Shown: positions 16,845-26,769 of the stretch, piece by piece
Numbering within the stretch: position 1 is the stretch's first letter
How the letters are laid out: each line of letters starts with the position of its first letter
Source of the DNA: Nodosilinea sp. WJT8-NPBG4
Lineage (GTDB): Bacteria; Cyanobacteriota; Cyanobacteriia; Phormidesmidales; Phormidesmidaceae
Length of the DNA stretch: 64,000 bases
Direction of reading: 5' to 3'
Assembly (NCBI GenBank): GCA_019359285.1
Contig: JAHHHQ010000047.1
Location: 24,903-88,902 of the forward strand
The notes under the pieces: generated by a model
What the model was told of the DNA's origin: nothing
What the model saw: only the letters and a program-made list of their open reading frames with translations
Databases searched by the model: none
Made by a program: the position numbers and the translations under genes

Positions 16845-17894
16845 CTATCGACGACGGCGAGAGAGTATGAGACCACCGGCTGCGATCGCCAGCCCCCCCA
16901 CCGTCAAGGGCTCCGGTACTGGCTGGGCGGCGTAGAGAATGCCAATGGGGCGCTGGAGTTCAGGGTTAGCGTCGGCTAGCAGCGATCGCTCCTTAGTCGG
17001 CCCGTCATATTTGAGGATGGAGCCAATTTCCGAAACGATGTCAAACCCCACGGTAAACAGATCGCCATTGGGGGCAAAGGCCAAGCTGCCGATAAAGCTG
17101 CTGCTCGGCACCGAGTCGGTATAGTTGGTCGAGAGTTCTCCCAACAGCGTTCCCGTGAAAAAGTCGTAGCGGCGAAGGCCATTGGCAAAGTCGCTGACCA
17201 GCAGTTCGCCGCTGAGAGGATCCACCGCCATGCCTAAAAAGCTCACAAACCCAAAGCTGTCGGGCGAAGGCTCGGGCTGTTCGGCAAACACCGCCTTCTC
17301 TTTGGTAGCGATGTCATAGCTTAGAACAATGCTGGGCTGACCAAAGACGGGCACTCCCTCCACCGCAACGCTGCCCTGGGTTGTTACATAAAGCCGCCCG
17401 TCGGGGCCAAAGAGCAGGCCGTTGGGGCCATTGAGGCCATCGGGGACGATTCCCTGGCGTTGGGCAAACACGTCAACAAACTCTCCGGTGGTGCCGTCGT
17501 AGCGCAGAATTTCATCGGATAAAAAGCTGCTTACGTACAGGTTGCCATCGGGGCCAAAGGCCACCCCATAGGGGCGAAACAGCCCATTTCCTGAAGCAAA
17601 CACGTCGATGAACTCACCCTTAGGGGTGAATCTCAAAACGGCAGAGTTTTCTGGGGTAGTGCCGCTGCTGACATATAAGTTGCCATCAGGCCCATACACG
17701 AAGGTATCGGGACTATCCAACAGGCCGTTATCTGGAATTAGTTCGCCGCGAAAGTCGCCGGTAATTTCATCAAAAATAACGATGTTATTGCCCGAGGTAT
17801 TCCCCACCAGCAGGGCTGCATCCGCTGCTATAGAAAACGTTGTGACACCAACGGTGGCCAGCAGCGAAAAGCCAAACTGGGTTAAATATTTCAT
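16845..17894 (-). CDS. Secreted NHL/beta-propeller repeat protein with a C-terminal PEP-CTERM sorting signal
   Basis: Signal peptide MKYLTQFGFSLLATVGVTTFSIAADA. Repeated GPDGNLYVSS / GPDGRLYVTT blades. C-terminus VPEP-LTVGGLAIAAGGLILS-RRRR is a PEP-CTERM motif. The upstream 59 codons of the track ORF have no support. Confidence 0.8.
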   Translation of the reverse strand: MKYLTQFGFSLLATVGVTTFSIAADAALLVGNTSGNNIVIFDEITGDFRGELIPDNGLLDSPDTFVYGPDGNLYVSSGTTPENSAVLRFTPKGEFIDVFASGNGLFRPYGVAFGPDGNLYVSSFLSDEILRYDGTTGEFVDVFAQRQGIVPDGLNGPNGLLFGPDGRLYVTTQGSVAVEGVPVFGQPSIVLSYDIATKEKAVFAEQPEPSPDSFGFVSFLGMAVDPLSGELLVSDFANGLRRYDFFTGTLLGELSTNYTDSVPSSSFIGSLAFAPNGDLFTVGFDIVSEIGSILKYDGPTKERSLLADANPELQRPIGILYAAQPVPEPLTVGGLAIAAGGLILSRRRR

Positions 17895-18098
17895 GGAGAT
17901 GCTGGAGGAAATTGCGTGGAAATACTGAGATCCTTCAAATTCTCTGGTAACCCTGGCAAAGAAATTGTGCTTGCCCCGACAGTTATCAAAATTTAACTTA
18001 ATCTTTACAGGAAGCCTATTCTGCTGGTTGCGCGTTTCCCCTCGTCTGCAGGCAGAGCCGCAGCGCGCCACCTGCCTCTGTCCTCAATCCCTGGACAA

Positions 18099-18575
18099 CT
18101 AATTTCCCAACGCCTCGTCGAGCACCTGGCGGGCTGATTCTGCCTGGGCTCTGGCTTCTTTAAACCGCAGGTTGCTCTGGGCAAACGACTTCAAGACCTT
18201 GAAGCCGTCCTTCAATTCAGTCACCTGGTCGTCGGTCATTGGGTCATCGGTAAACAGCAGATCTACCAGGTCACGCACCTGGAGGGCTTCATCGCGAGAT
18301 GACTGCACTTTTACTTTGAGCGTGGCCAACTGGTTTAAAGCCTGAATGGCCTCTACGACGGCGTCTTCTTGCTGCTGCACGGCTGCTGAGGAGGTAGGGG
18401 GCTGCACTTCTACAAGTTGCTCGACACTAAAGCCATCGGCCAAAGCGGTGGGCAATTCACCGTCGTCAAGCATGGCCATGAGCTGATCCATCGCCTTATC
18501 ACGGGCTTTGCGAGAATCTTTGCCCGATACTGTCAAAACGACGTCTGGGCTTTGGGCCAGGGTATATTGAACCAT
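18099..18575 (-). CDS. Hypothetical acidic protein
   Basis: 158-aa ORF, co-directional with and downstream of 18632-19339. No motif recognised. Confidence 0.5.
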   Translation of the reverse strand: MVQYTLAQSPDVVLTVSGKDSRKARDKAMDQLMAMLDDGELPTALADGFSVEQLVEVQPPTSSAAVQQQEDAVVEAIQALNQLATLKVKVQSSRDEALQVRDLVDLLFTDDPMTDDQVTELKDGFKVLKSFAQSNLRFKEARAQAESARQVLDEALGN

Positions 18576-18631
18576 TGGTGTAGATCGTGCGTACTAGGTC
18601 AGTATACGCTACCGGGTTCCCAGGCAAGCAA

Positions 18632-19339
18632 TTATTCTCGCATGCCCCCCTGCACCACTGATCGCAGCCGCTCGTGCAGCTCTGACCCATCGCGCCGGGG
18701 TACAAAGGGCTGAATGATGTCGGTCTGGTGCCAGGGGGACGCAGCCTCCGCAGGCAGCGGGCGAAAATTAGGGATGTTAGGGGTGTTTGGTGCAGGGGCG
18801 ATCGCCGGTTCGTCTGCGATCTCAGCGTCTAGTTCACCGCCGTCTAGTGAGCCAATAGCTACCTCTACCTCTGGATCGGTTGCAGTTGAGTTAGGTGTCA
18901 AATCGGTAGGCACTGGGGTATGAGATGCACCGCTAGAGGGCGGTGCGTCAGTTTCTAGCGAGGCATCTCCCTCTAGATCTAAGCTAGCCAGAGCGATCGA
19001 CGGCAGAGCCCGGCGAACGGATGAGGACTCTGTGCCATCTCCATAGCCGGTGGGGCAGAGCAGCGATTGGCCTAAAATAATAGATTCAAACTCGCGATTG
19101 AAGTGGCGAATGGGCTGGCCTCGCCGCTGCCACAGCTTGAGAATCTGATCGATAGAAATAACTTTATAGCGCCCCTGATAAAGGGCTTCAGTAATGGCGT
19201 GGCTCACCCAAACTGGGCCAAACTCTTCCAACCAACCGGCAATAACAGCTTTGGTGGGATAGTCCTCAGCATCGAAGCTGTAGCTGGTGAGCAACTGGTA
19301 GATAGGCTCAACATCTGGAGTGTTGCTGAGGTAAGTCAT
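18632..19339 (-). CDS. Hypothetical protein (structured N-domain plus acidic/Pro-rich tail)
   Basis: 235-aa ORF immediately downstream of the LptD-like gene. No motif recognised. Confidence 0.55.
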   Translation of the reverse strand: MTYLSNTPDVEPIYQLLTSYSFDAEDYPTKAVIAGWLEEFGPVWVSHAITEALYQGRYKVISIDQILKLWQRRGQPIRHFNREFESIILGQSLLCPTGYGDGTESSSVRRALPSIALASLDLEGDASLETDAPPSSGASHTPVPTDLTPNSTATDPEVEVAIGSLDGGELDAEIADEPAIAPAPNTPNIPNFRPLPAEAASPWHQTDIIQPFVPRRDGSELHERLRSVVQGGMRE

Positions 19340-19465
19340 AGTGGTTTGCCTACGCGTTAATCCCCACTAAATGGGGCATCTTAGGTAGTCATTACCTTTC
19401 AGCTTAATCTTAAGCCTGCGTAAAGACTACCATCGTTAGGTTTATTACCTTCGTGGGGAGCAGGG

Positions 19466-21724
19466 CTACTGCACCACCACATCGCTGGGGGTATCTGGAG
19501 GCGAATCAAAGGGAGCGGTACGCCCCACCCAATCGAAGCCGCTAAGCCGAAATCCTAAGAAACCGGTTTCTTGAGTGGGGCTATAGGTTACCAGCAGCCC
19601 ATAGGCGCGGCGGCGGTATTCAAAAATTAGGTTGCTATCAATGGTACGCCCGCTATCCACGTTAATCGAGGCCTGAAAACCGGCTAAAAAAGGCCCGTAG
19701 ATCTGCTGAATGATGCCCCCAGACAGCACGTTTCGATCGACCGTTCGATCAAATAGAAAGGGAGATGTATCGCCACCGATGAGAGTGTGTCTAAATCCAA
19801 TATTAAACTGGGTGTAGTCGAAGGTTTTGCGCTGCAGGTGGCCCAGCTGACCCGACAAAATAACTCTAGTTTCTAGCGACTCTTGGAAGTCGCTGCTGGT
19901 GTAATAGGTGGCCCCACTCCGTAGCCCGACTCCTAGCGCCAGGTTGGGCACCAGCGGTCGGGGAGAATAGCGCAACCCTTCGGTGGCGGTAGCGGGTAGC
20001 GGTTGCCCCTGCCACAGCAAGAAGTTCCGGGTGAGGTCAGCGCTACCCTGAAACCGAAACAGGCTGGCTAAGCCTATGCCTTCCCCAGGGTCTAGAAGCT
20101 CGGGCCGGTCGGTGTTGGCGGTAATGTACTGCCCAGAAGCCTGATAGGTGAGGTTAATACCGCTGTTGCCCAGGGCCACTACAGGAGACTCAAGCAGGGC
20201 ACCGATGGTATTTTGCACATCCTGAAACCCTAAGGAGCCGTTGAAGAGGCGATCGCGGTAGCTGTACTCCAGGGTGAAGCGGTGGGTGCCAAGCAGTTGT
20301 CTGGCCCGAAGGCTGGCCCGCAGCCGCTCGCTAAAATTGGCTAAGTCAAACCCCGCTAAACTCAGAGAGCCAATGACCTGGGTGCGCGGCCCCAGGGGAC
20401 CCTCAACCTGGGCTGCCAAACCGAAGTTGGCAGGGTCAGCGATGTTGGAGTTGGATTCGCCTAACCAGCGGGAGACCAAAAACTGAGGCGCGATCGTAAT
20501 GTTCAAAGGCCCCGCTATGTTGATCGGCAGCGGGGCTTCGACGTACAGGCCACCGCGATCGCGGCCATCAATGCCAATGCCCGTGGGCAGCGGATTTAGC
20601 GCTTCTGGAGGCAGCTGCCCTCGGGTGAGCACAAAGCGATTCCTAAACAGTGGAATGGAGAGGCCTTGGTTAAATACCAGCCGGGGGCGCTCAAATACCA
20701 GCTCGTCCTCTAACTCGTTGAGGGGGGTGAGCCGCACAGTATTGGCCCTAAACTCCAAGTCTGGGGGCGAGAAGGGATCGTTTGTCAGCCGAACTTGCTC
20801 GCCATACCAGCCGTCGGCATCGAAGGAAATTCGCTCGGCCTCGAACCGTACCCGCTCAATAGGGCGCTGTTCTCCCCCCAGCAGCACCTGGGGATCGCCC
20901 GTCGCCAGGGCAATTCCGCCCGGACTGGTAACTTGGGAAATGGACCGCTGATTTTGTAGCCGGTAGTCGAGAGGAACGTTAGTCCCCTGCCCTAGACCAG
21001 CCGAATCGGTGGAGAAATCGTCTTCTAGAGCGGGCAGCTCTAGCTCACCCCGGCTCTCGGTAATCGTGCCTGCCCCTTGTAACAGGTTGTAGGTGGCCGT
21101 TGCGCCCTCAATAATTTGATTGTTGCGGTTAAAGAAAACGTTGCCTTCGGCTCGCAGATGGCGATTGACTAAGTTAGCCCAGAGGCGGTCGGCGGCCAGC
21201 TGCCCGGTGCCAAACTGCACTAGAACATCGCCTGTAGCGGTCACAATCTGGCGAACGGGCTCGAACTCCTGGCGATCGGCCCGCAGCAAAATAGAGCCCA
21301 CCCCCTCAGCCGGCAGTTCTGTCTCGACTGGGGCATTTTCGACTGGGGCGTCGGGTAATTCAGGCTCAGGCGGTTCAGCTTCAGAATCTTCGGGTTGAGG
21401 GCTTTCAGGCTGAGGCTGAGGAGGTTCTGAATCGACCTCAACCGGCTCTTCGGGGCTTTCGATCGCTGGGTCAGCTGGTATCAGAGGCGCGCTATCGGTG
21501 GGCTCAGGCATCAACGGCTCTGAGTTCTCATCGATAGCCAACAGCGGTGAGAGCAGACTAATTCCGCTTAAAGACAGGGGGCTAGCTACGACACTATCGG
21601 CTGGGGCGATCGCTGCCATTGGCCCCCCTGGCCCTGACTCGGAGGCCGCCACCGCTGAAACCAGCACGACTTCGGCTGATTCTGGGAGCGGGGGCACAGC
21701 GGGCAACATAGGCGGCAAAGGCAT
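19466..21724 (-). CDS. LptD/OstA-like outer-membrane protein (cyanobacterial DUF3769-type)
   Basis: After an acidic Pro-rich linker comes an OstA-like segment: ADRQEFEPVRQIVTATGDVLVQFGTGQLAADRLWANLVNRHLRAEGNVFFNRNNQIIEGATATYNL. The long C-terminal region has alternating beta-strand character and ends in an aromatic-rich tail. Confidence 0.6.
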   Translation of the reverse strand: MPLPPMLPAVPPLPESAEVVLVSAVAASESGPGGPMAAIAPADSVVASPLSLSGISLLSPLLAIDENSEPLMPEPTDSAPLIPADPAIESPEEPVEVDSEPPQPQPESPQPEDSEAEPPEPELPDAPVENAPVETELPAEGVGSILLRADRQEFEPVRQIVTATGDVLVQFGTGQLAADRLWANLVNRHLRAEGNVFFNRNNQIIEGATATYNLLQGAGTITESRGELELPALEDDFSTDSAGLGQGTNVPLDYRLQNQRSISQVTSPGGIALATGDPQVLLGGEQRPIERVRFEAERISFDADGWYGEQVRLTNDPFSPPDLEFRANTVRLTPLNELEDELVFERPRLVFNQGLSIPLFRNRFVLTRGQLPPEALNPLPTGIGIDGRDRGGLYVEAPLPINIAGPLNITIAPQFLVSRWLGESNSNIADPANFGLAAQVEGPLGPRTQVIGSLSLAGFDLANFSERLRASLRARQLLGTHRFTLEYSYRDRLFNGSLGFQDVQNTIGALLESPVVALGNSGINLTYQASGQYITANTDRPELLDPGEGIGLASLFRFQGSADLTRNFLLWQGQPLPATATEGLRYSPRPLVPNLALGVGLRSGATYYTSSDFQESLETRVILSGQLGHLQRKTFDYTQFNIGFRHTLIGGDTSPFLFDRTVDRNVLSGGIIQQIYGPFLAGFQASINVDSGRTIDSNLIFEYRRRAYGLLVTYSPTQETGFLGFRLSGFDWVGRTAPFDSPPDTPSDVVVQ

Positions 21725-21967
21725 GGGCTGGCATCACCAAAGCAAAAACAAAGCCCGGCAAGCGGGCTCAATCAGACCACTGTCACCAGGCTATTAACCT
21801 TGATGTAGCAGCCCTAGGGCACAGACGGGCAACCCAGGGCAGGGCCGCCAATTCCCAGACTACTTTTGGCGGTGCAGGTTCCGCAGAGCAGGCTAGATGG
21901 CAAGCCCCGGAGCAACTCCTGGGGCATTTGCCATTTAGTAAACATCAACCTGTTACTCAGGCCAAAC

Positions 21968-22084
21968 CTAGTCCATGTCTTGACGGCCGGGGTTGCGGGA
22001 GGGGTCGCCGCTCAAAAAGCCAAACACGAACAGGGACACAAAGAAGGCGACTACGAGGTAAACCACAATCTTAAGGGTAAGCAT
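21968..22084 (-). CDS. psbI: Photosystem II reaction centre protein I (38 aa)
   Basis: Hand translation: [38 protein letters not shown]. This is nearly identical in pattern to PsbI ([38 protein letters not shown]). Too short for the ORF track. Confidence 0.9.
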   Translation of the reverse strand: MLTLKIVVYLVVAFFVSLFVFGFLSGDPSRNPGRQDMD

Positions 22085-22232
22085 GAGTTAGGTCTCCAAA
22101 CCGGTAGCAGAGTAGGCCCAAGACCTGCCCCAAGCAGTAGCCAAATTCCACTGACGGAAACGGCCCCGGTGCAGGACTAAGCTGGGTCTATCATATCGCC
22201 AAACGTTCGCCTATCTGCCGGCACTGACTAAT

Positions 22233-23513
22233 CTACCAGAGCGATCGCAGCCAGGCCCACGCCATTCGCAACCAGGTTTCGAGCACGTAGAGCACCCAGT
22301 CTAAACCCCGCAGCACGGTGACCAAAGGTGGGTCGACGTAGTTGATTTGGGTGACTTTAACATCTAGGGCACTTGGGGAATCGAGCTGGTAATGGTTCGT
22401 ACCCGTGAGTGGAGTTGAGCTGGGCGAACAGTCGGGGGTGACAGTGTTGATCCCCAGCTGGGCTGCCAGATCAGGGGAATTAGGTTCTCTGGGGGCTACA
22501 GCCACCGCGCCAGACATTGCTACCGTTATCTCAACGCCTTGTTCAGCCGAGGTCGTTGCTGGCAGGGTTCTAGAAGCAGGCTGACCATGCAACTGAGTTG
22601 GGTATTGGCCCGCGATCGTTTTTGGCCCTGTTGTCTCGGGGCTGACTTGGGGCACGATGGCACGACTAGTGCTGCGTCTGCCTATGGCGATTGGCCAAAG
22701 GCCAGGCTTCGCCAACGCCGTCGCCATTCCTTGCTGATCGGCTTCGCCAAATAGGTTGGTGGCGACCGCCAGGGGGCTGGTTTGCAGCCACCGCAGCGCA
22801 GCGGGCAGCCACCGCAGTGGGGGCACCACCGCTGGATTGGTCTGGGGTAGAGGCAGCCCAGGCTGCTGAAGCTGAGAGTCAAGACTACGGCAGCGCTGTA
22901 CCCGAGCATACTCCGCCAGCATGAGCACCAGGGCCTGCTCAAGCCGCTGCTGCTGATCCTCAGTCAGCCCAGCAAAAATCCCGTTGTCAACGGTCACTAG
23001 CACTAGCTGCCGAGTAGCTAAATCTGAGGCAATACCGCGAATGGGTTCATTCAGCGGCACTAGATGCCACTGGCCGGGGGTTAGCACTGCGCCAGCTTTC
23101 GACTGCTTGAGCCATGGCCCATAGACGTTGACCAGCTGTAGCCCACTAGGCCGAACCATTTGACCGTGGACTACTGGCGGTTGAATGACTGACAGCAAGG
23201 CGAGAATGGGCGTGTCTGCTGCTACTAGTTCTGGAGGGAGTGCCCCAGTGAGTTTGGCCCAAACCGGCCGCCAGGGACGGGTGGCTTGCAGTCGCCGAGC
23301 GCCTATTCTCAGCCCCTGCACCGCAGCGTAGAGGGGGTAAACGGCCACTTGCAGGCCCCACACTGCTGCGGTACGCCCTTGCCGCAGCCACTGCCCAGTG
23401 CTGTGGGCCACCTGCCGATACCCCGCCGCCAAGCGGGCTACGGTTTGGCTGCGAAACGAGCGCGACGAAGTCGCCATAACTCTGCCTACACTGGGAAGAC
23501 TGCCTTTGATCAT
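22233..23513 (-). CDS. Hypothetical protein
   Basis: 426-aa ORF, too long to be a chance ORF. No motif recognised. The start is uncertain (ATG 23513 or 23477). Confidence 0.5.
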   Translation of the reverse strand: MIKGSLPSVGRVMATSSRSFRSQTVARLAAGYRQVAHSTGQWLRQGRTAAVWGLQVAVYPLYAAVQGLRIGARRLQATRPWRPVWAKLTGALPPELVAADTPILALLSVIQPPVVHGQMVRPSGLQLVNVYGPWLKQSKAGAVLTPGQWHLVPLNEPIRGIASDLATRQLVLVTVDNGIFAGLTEDQQQRLEQALVLMLAEYARVQRCRSLDSQLQQPGLPLPQTNPAVVPPLRWLPAALRWLQTSPLAVATNLFGEADQQGMATALAKPGLWPIAIGRRSTSRAIVPQVSPETTGPKTIAGQYPTQLHGQPASRTLPATTSAEQGVEITVAMSGAVAVAPREPNSPDLAAQLGINTVTPDCSPSSTPLTGTNHYQLDSPSALDVKVTQINYVDPPLVTVLRGLDWVLYVLETWLRMAWAWLRSLW

Positions 23514-23522
23514 ACCGGAGCC

Positions 23523-26500
23523 ATGCCCCCCGCCACCGTTCTTCCTGTACTCCCGCCGCAGATTCTAGACTCCCTCGATCGCCTCCGTCACCTGAGTCAA
23601 CTGGACGTGCGAGGTGCCTGGCATCGCTGTCCCAATTTTGCGGAAAGTTCGGATGTGCCCTGGGGCAAAGCTTGGCAAACCTGGCCTTTAGCAACGCTGA
23701 ACGATCGCCATCACATCGCTTGGCCTAAGGGTAAAGTCTCCCTGGAGCTGCACCAGCAGTTTACCTGGCCCACCGATCTCAACGGCTATCCCCTTCAAGG
23801 GCTAACGGCACGGCTGGCGCTGCGCTGGTGGGCCAACCAGGCCGATATCTTCGTCAATGGCGAGCTGGTGCAGACGGGAGATATCTTCGACTGCTGGACG
23901 CGAATTGTGCTGACGGACAAGGTTGTGACCGGAAAATCAGTAGATGTTTCGCTCAAGCTACTAAGTCCGGGCCATGACGAGGGAGCGCTGGTGCAGGCCG
24001 AACTGGTTTTTGAAGCTTTGGAGGGGAACTGCCCCGAGCCTGGCTTTGTGGCTGACGAACTGGCGGTGCTGGCTACCTACCTGGCTCAGTTTGATCCCAA
24101 CAAGCTCGATATTCTCACTCAAGCTCTTGAGGGAATTGATTGGGATGGGGTGGGCGATCGCGATCGCTTCCACACCTCCCTCTTGAGGGTGCGGGATGCC
24201 CTAAAGCAGTTTTCGCCCTGGCTCAAGCAGCGCACCCTCCACTGCTTGGGCCACGCCCATTTAGATCTAGCCTGGCTCTGGCCCGTCCCCGAAACTTGGG
24301 AAGCGGCCGAAAATACGTTTCGCTCGGTGCTGGCCCTACAGCAAGACTTTCCTGAGCTGACCTTCACCCACTCCTCCCCAGCGCTGTTTGCCTGGCTAGA
24401 GCAGCACCGCCCCGAGTTATTCGCCGCCATTCAGCAAGAAGTTAAAGCCGGACGATGGGCGATCGATGCTGGGTTGTGGGTCGAGCCTGACTTGAACTTG
24501 CCGGGGGGAGAGGCGATCGCCCGACAAATTCTCTACGGCCAGCGGTACTGTGCCGAGAAATTTGGTGGGGTGAGCGCGATCGCCTGGCTGCCCGACACCT
24601 TTGGCTTCTGCTGGCAACTGCCCCAACTGCTCACCCAGGGCAGCATTCGCTACTTCGCCACCCAAAAACTGCGCTGGAACGACACCAACCCCTTTCCCCA
24701 CGACCTGTTTAGCTGGCAGGGGCTAGACGGCACCAAGATTACGGGCATCACCCTACCTCCCATCGGCACCGACATCACCCCAGTTGATATGGCCCAATAC
24801 GCCTGCCAGTGGGAAGCTAATACAGGATTCGTAGATGCCCTCTGGCTCCCCGGCGTCGGCGACCACGGCGGCGGCCCTACCCGCGACATGTTGCTCAAAG
24901 CCCAGCGCTGGGCCAATTCCCCCTTCTTCCCCACCCTCACCTTCGGCTACGCTGCCCCCTTGTTTGACCAGCTCACCCATTCACCCATCCACCCATCCAC
25001 CCATTCACCCGCTCCCTTGCCCACCCCCTCACTCCCCACCTGGAACGACGAGCTTTACCTCGAACTCCACCGGGGCTGCTACACCACCCACGGCGACCAA
25101 AAGCAGTACAACCGCCGCTGCGAAGACATGCTGTTTCAGGCCGAACTGTTTGCCTCCATCGCCGCCATCTACGGGCTTCAGCCCTATCCCCAGACCGAGC
25201 TAGAAACCGCCTGGAAACTGGTGTTGTTTAATCAGTTCCACGATATTTTGCCGGGGTCGTCGATCCCTGAAGTGTTTGAGCAGGCGAATGAGGAATGGCA
25301 AGCGGCGCTGGAGATGGGCGATCGCATTTTACAAACCTCTCTTCAGGCTCTCGCCGAGCACTGTCCCCTACCCTCGCCCCCGCATCCTGACGCTGTGCCC
25401 GTGGTGCTGTTTAACCCATTGAATTGGGAGCGCAGCGAAGTGGTGGACATCTCTTTGTCTTCTGCCATGGCTCAAACCACTTGGCAAGCGCAGGATGCCG
25501 AGGGCCAAACGCTGCCCACCCAGCCCAATCAGGCTAACTCTCCCTCGCTGCTGGTCTACGTTCCTGCTATTCCTTCTGTGGGCTATCGCCTGATCTGGCT
25601 GATTCCCGCCGAGGCGGCCCCGCCCAGCTCACCGCCCGCCGAGTGGGTCTTAGGAAATGCCTATCTGCAAGCCATTATCGACCCGGCTACTGGTGGCATC
25701 AACTGCCTAATTCACAAAGCTACCGGCACCGAAACCTTCCACGGCTGCGGAAACCAGCTCCAGGCTTTCAAAGACGACGGCCAGTATTGGGATGCGTGGA
25801 ATATTGCCCCCGATTACCAAGACCATCCCCTAGATGCGTTTGTGCTCAAGAGTATTAGCTGGATTGAGTACGGCCCCGTGCGGCAGACCCTCCGGGTAGT
25901 TCGCAGCTTTAACCAGTCCACCATCACCCAAAACTACCGTTTAGAGTTAAATTCCCCCGTGCTTGCGGTTCACACCGAGGTCGATTGGCATGAAACCCAG
26001 GTGGTTCTGAAGGCGGCGTTTCCGCTGACAGTGTCCGCGGCTGAGGCGACCTATGAAATTCCCTTTGGGGCGATCGCCCGTTCCGCCACACCCACTACTC
26101 CCCAAGAGCAAGCCAAGTGGGAAGTGCCCGCCCTGCGCTGGGCCGACCTCAGCGATGGGGAACGCGGTGTGAGTATTCTCACCGACTACAAGCACGGGTT
26201 CGATGCCAAGTCCAACCAGCTGCGGCTAACACTGCTCAAGGCTCCCATCTGGCCAGATCCGGGGTGCGATCGCGGCCTTCAGACCTTCAGCTACGCCATT
26301 TATCCCCACGCTCACAGCTGGCAGCAGGCCAAGACCGTGCAGGCCGCCCGCAACTTCAACCTGCCGATTCGAGCTGTGTTACCCGAGCTTTCTTTGCCAG
26401 AGCATTCTCCAGGCTCACCAGATAGCCCCAACGCCATCAGCTGGCTTGACTTGGGTGACACCTCTTTTGTGCTGACGGCCCTCAAGCAGGCAGAAGACTC

Positions 26501-26693
26501 AGACCACCAGTACATTCTGCGCGGCTACGAAAGCGTTGGTGTTCATAGCAATCTCATTGTTGGTGGCAATCTGCCCGTGGAGGTGATTGTCTCTGTGGAC
26601 CTGCTAGAACAGGCCCAATCAGCGGAACGGCAAGCCCTAGCGCCGTGGCAGGTTAAGAGTCTTGAGATCGCGTACCGTCAGGCTAAGCTTTAG
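23523..26693 (+). CDS. Glycoside hydrolase family 38 alpha-mannosidase
   Basis: GH38 N-domain signature LHCLGHAHLDLAWLWP, WLPDTFG, GVGDHGGGP and the C-terminal GH38 domains. ATG 23523 (MPPATVLP...) is preferred over the track start at 23286, which overlaps the divergent gene. Confidence 0.85.
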   Translation: MPPATVLPVLPPQILDSLDRLRHLSQLDVRGAWHRCPNFAESSDVPWGKAWQTWPLATLNDRHHIAWPKGKVSLELHQQFTWPTDLNGYPLQGLTARLALRWWANQADIFVNGELVQTGDIFDCWTRIVLTDKVVTGKSVDVSLKLLSPGHDEGALVQAELVFEALEGNCPEPGFVADELAVLATYLAQFDPNKLDILTQALEGIDWDGVGDRDRFHTSLLRVRDALKQFSPWLKQRTLHCLGHAHLDLAWLWPVPETWEAAENTFRSVLALQQDFPELTFTHSSPALFAWLEQHRPELFAAIQQEVKAGRWAIDAGLWVEPDLNLPGGEAIARQILYGQRYCAEKFGGVSAIAWLPDTFGFCWQLPQLLTQGSIRYFATQKLRWNDTNPFPHDLFSWQGLDGTKITGITLPPIGTDITPVDMAQYACQWEANTGFVDALWLPGVGDHGGGPTRDMLLKAQRWANSPFFPTLTFGYAAPLFDQLTHSPIHPSTHSPAPLPTPSLPTWNDELYLELHRGCYTTHGDQKQYNRRCEDMLFQAELFASIAAIYGLQPYPQTELETAWKLVLFNQFHDILPGSSIPEVFEQANEEWQAALEMGDRILQTSLQALAEHCPLPSPPHPDAVPVVLFNPLNWERSEVVDISLSSAMAQTTWQAQDAEGQTLPTQPNQANSPSLLVYVPAIPSVGYRLIWLIPAEAAPPSSPPAEWVLGNAYLQAIIDPATGGINCLIHKATGTETFHGCGNQLQAFKDDGQYWDAWNIAPDYQDHPLDAFVLKSISWIEYGPVRQTLRVVRSFNQSTITQNYRLELNSPVLAVHTEVDWHETQVVLKAAFPLTVSAAEATYEIPFGAIARSATPTTPQEQAKWEVPALRWADLSDGERGVSILTDYKHGFDAKSNQLRLTLLKAPIWPDPGCDRGLQTFSYAIYPHAHSWQQAKTVQAARNFNLPIRAVLPELSLPEHSPGSPDSPNAISWLDLGDTSFVLTALKQAEDSDHQYILRGYESVGVHSNLIVGGNLPVEVIVSVDLLEQAQSAERQALAPWQVKSLEIAYRQAKL
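24973..25012 (+). repeat. Five tandem octamers (YCACCCAT) inside the mannosidase CDS
   Basis: TCACCCAT TCACCCAT CCACCCAT CCACCCAT TCACCCGC, translated in frame as THSPIHPSTHSPA. It is the reverse complement of the GGGTGRAT intergenic repeats. Confidence 0.8.
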
Positions 26694-26769
26694 TTGAACA
26701 CTCTGCATGCTTCTGCCGGAGTCAGCATCAATGTTCAATGCTGGAGTTTTAACGTTTCAGGAATTTGCT

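Noticed and set aside
16845-18071. Long version (408 aa) of the PEP-CTERM protein ORF, and similar upstream extensions at 6189, 8666, 15471, 42965, 43027, 56536 and 61307
   Set aside because: In each case an internal ATG directly precedes the recognisable N-terminus (a signal peptide or conserved domain start). The extension is low-complexity, starts at TTG or overlaps a neighbouring gene.
23146-23694. 182-aa minus-strand ORF, and the 23286-23522 extension of the mannosidase ORF
   Set aside because: Both overlap better-supported genes, are R/S/P/A-rich and have no motifs. GH38 similarity starts after MPPATV (23523).
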